Assembly: GCA_013265495.1 (NCBI GenBank) | Contig: MU058065.1 | Span: 7,936,302-8,000,301 of the forward strand | Direction: 5' to 3' | Origin: Vicugna vicugna | Lineage: Eukaryota | Length of the DNA: 64,000 nucleotides | In this document: in pieces, positions 61,809 through 64,000 of the stretch | Position numbering within the stretch: position 1 is the stretch's first letter | Layout: each line of letters starts with the position of its first letter | Translations under genes and position numbers: made by a program | The notes under the pieces: generated by a model | The model's database searches: none | Told to the model about the DNA's origin: nothing | What the model saw: the letters and a program-made list of their open reading frames with translations, nothing else

Positions 61809-63889
61809 ACCCTAAGGCATCCACCTGTAGGTCCACCACAGAAGCACTCTCACCTAGCTTCATATTCACACCACTGTGAACATGAACCTGGATCCATTGT
61901 GAATTCTTCCTATTTTCATACAGTCATTTGAAAATTACCAAGAGTGAGGATCTAGGGAGAAGCAGGCTATTTTCACGTCCTTCCCCATTTGCCTTACTCC
62001 TGATCTCACTCGGGAATGTGGTCAGTGACTTAAAGGCTAGGAGTATAGGGGAGCTCAAACTCATGGAATGTCAAAGACCTTTGGTATCCCAAATTTTATT
62101 AGCTCACTCATTCTAATTTTTCCTTCCACAACAGTGCTGGTTTGGACTAAGGAAAGGCTGAAAGTATTAGCTCGTATGAAGAGTTGAATTCCCTGGTACA
62201 AGAGAAAAATCAAAGAAGTGGCTTAGCAGATCTGTTGTTAAAGGACTAGAGGTGTGCTTTGTTCCTATTATAAATGTCCTCCAACACTGTACTCCATAGC
62301 AACAACCATAGCCATGGAGAAAGGGTCTCAGGACATCTCTAAGTCCTTTCCTTGCTCATTGTCTGAAGAGCTGTGTATCTTCCAAGTTGGTGGGCTTTTC
62401 CCCAGGGGATAAAAGCAAAGATGTTCCAAGTCCCTGATAACTTTCTTTGAAACATCTCTGTTAGGAACCTTTTCTTGGCTGGGCACATGTAGACAGAAGC
62501 CCTCATGTTTTTAACTCCCTCTAAAATGAGCTCTGTCCAGGGCTCAGGTCTCTGGTTGGAAGTTTGCAGTGAACCTGGGCAGGTGGGGAAGGAGGTCTAC
62601 TACCCAGGTTTCCAAAGATGACATGACTCAGAGACCCATACTGCTGACCAGCCATCCTCTGAGCTTTCCAGATTGGTAGAATGGGTTCACTTAACCAGCC
62701 AGGTTATTGTCGGGAGAACCAAAAAAATATTATTGTGATTATATGGTGAATTCGGAGAAGCATAGCAAGGATTAAGATCTGAAATAGTAGGCATCTTTCA
62801 AAGGTAAGATACGGTTTAAGGCTTTCAAAACAGATTTTATATCTCCAGGATCCCTTTCCTGAGAAACTCTGACTCCAGGATGTAGGAAAAAAAAAAGATC
62901 TCCAGTCTCCTGAGACCCAAACAATTTGGATAAAAAAGATAAAGAAAAAAGAAGGGTTTGCCTTCACAAGCCCTTTTCTCCATAAGAAAAAATAAAGAAT
63001 TTCTATCTTACAATGTGTTGATACAAAGATGAATATATAATACAGCATTTTCATCTTTTAAGAAAGGCCGGGGCTCCCAAAGGGAACAAAATGAATTCTG
63101 AAAGAAGTGTCCAAACTTCAGCAAGAGGACCAGTGTTTAACACCTCAAGAGCTTTCTCAGAGTGAAAGATTTCCATGTATGAAAAGTGACAGAATGATGA
63201 AATCTTATCAAACCACCTCTCGTAGAGTCGACATTCCATGAAGACACACAATCCCAACACTCTTCAAGGTGAGGGAGGAAGAGGATTTCGGTGACAGCCC
63301 AGCACCACCCGAAATCAAAAAAACCCATGAAGATGTTTTAATAAAAGTTCTTTTGATTGCAAAGAGCAGAAGCCTTCTCCAATTAGTCAAGGGGGGGAAA
63401 GTGGTTGTTGAAAGGGTACCAGGAATGTCACGGAACCATGGGGTAAGAATCATGAGACTCCGGAACAAGAAAGTCAAAAGCTGTTGGGATTCAGGGCCAT
63501 TGGCTACTGAGTTTGTGTTCATCTTGTTGTCCCATTATCCCAGTCTCCTAAGGCTTCTCAGATCCCACGACCACCAACTGGCCCTTCCTTCTGTGCCTTT
63601 TATTCACATTTAGGAAAGGGAGAATTCAGAGCTGGCCCAGCCTCACCAGTGGGTGAGCCCTGATGGGGTCAGGTGTCCTTCCCAGTGCCAATCACTGAGA
63701 TTGGCAGAGAGGGTTCATGGCACTGAGCTTTGCTACCCATGAACAGGGACAGGACAATTATCATTAAGTCTGATAAGAAGGGAAGGAGGAATACATTGAG
63801 ACTCCCAAGGCAGCTTTAAAAGACGTGTGTACTGCTGTGTGTCCGCTACCCACAATGAGTATGAAGGTCAAAGGTCATCCATTTAAGGG

Positions 63890-64000
63890 ACAGAGTGCTA
63901 AGAATTTTACATACATTACCCTGTTTAGTATTCCCCTCCTGCACAGTAGCTTATTTCCATTTTATAGGTAAGGAAAACTGAAGCTCAGAAAGGTAACTCA
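63890..64000 (-). mobile_element. MIR SINE, truncated by window end
   Basis: 'gtgctaagaattttacatacatta...tccattttataggtaaggaaaactgaagctcagaaaggt'. Confidence 0.8.

Noticed and set aside
140..63613. Short ORFs in the supplied six-frame track (e.g. 5616-6158, 7322-7912, 10320-10868) as genes
   Set aside because: No recognisable domains; many use GTG/TTG starts, overlap decayed TEs or are S/P/L-rich as expected for random frames in mammalian non-coding DNA.
1..64000. CRISPR array, operon, rRNA, prophage or other prokaryote-type novel system
   Set aside because: No regularly spaced repeats, gene-dense regions or rRNA-like sequence; the repeats seen are mammalian TEs, TSDs, microsatellites or small local duplications.
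1..64000. Inferring host-gene strand from L1/LTR orientation bias
   Set aside because: Orientations are mixed (younger L1s mostly +, older L1s mostly -), so they are uninformative.

Overview
This window is mammalian genomic DNA, not prokaryotic, and most likely camelid. It carries three tRNA-Ala-derived vic-1-type SINEs and cetartiodactyl-type L1 3' ends, and I saw no Alu, B1/B2, Bov-tA/A2, PRE1 or CanSINE copies. It reads as an intronic or intergenic stretch dominated by decayed interspersed repeats: MIR, L2, L3/CR1, old L1M and younger 5'-truncated L1s with visible target-site duplications (TSDs), MaLR/ERVL solo LTRs (MLT1/MST, MER21, LTR33) and hAT-type elements (MER53, MER45A, Charlie). 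Microsatellites and several repeat-free islands that could be regulatory fill the rest. I found no credible host protein-coding gene; the only recognisable protein is an L1 ORF2 C-terminal remnant. I did not find a demonstrable new biological system. The most notable observations are small-scale: a close match to the recursive-splice-site motif (53.37 kb), a 66-bp fold-back palindrome inside an old L1 (47.4 kb), a locally templated insertion in a young L1 (19.1 kb), two MER53 hairpins, a tailless SINE, a microexon-like signal and extensive TE nesting. Repeat subfamily names come from recalled consensus similarity, not a database search, and boundaries without TSDs are approximate.
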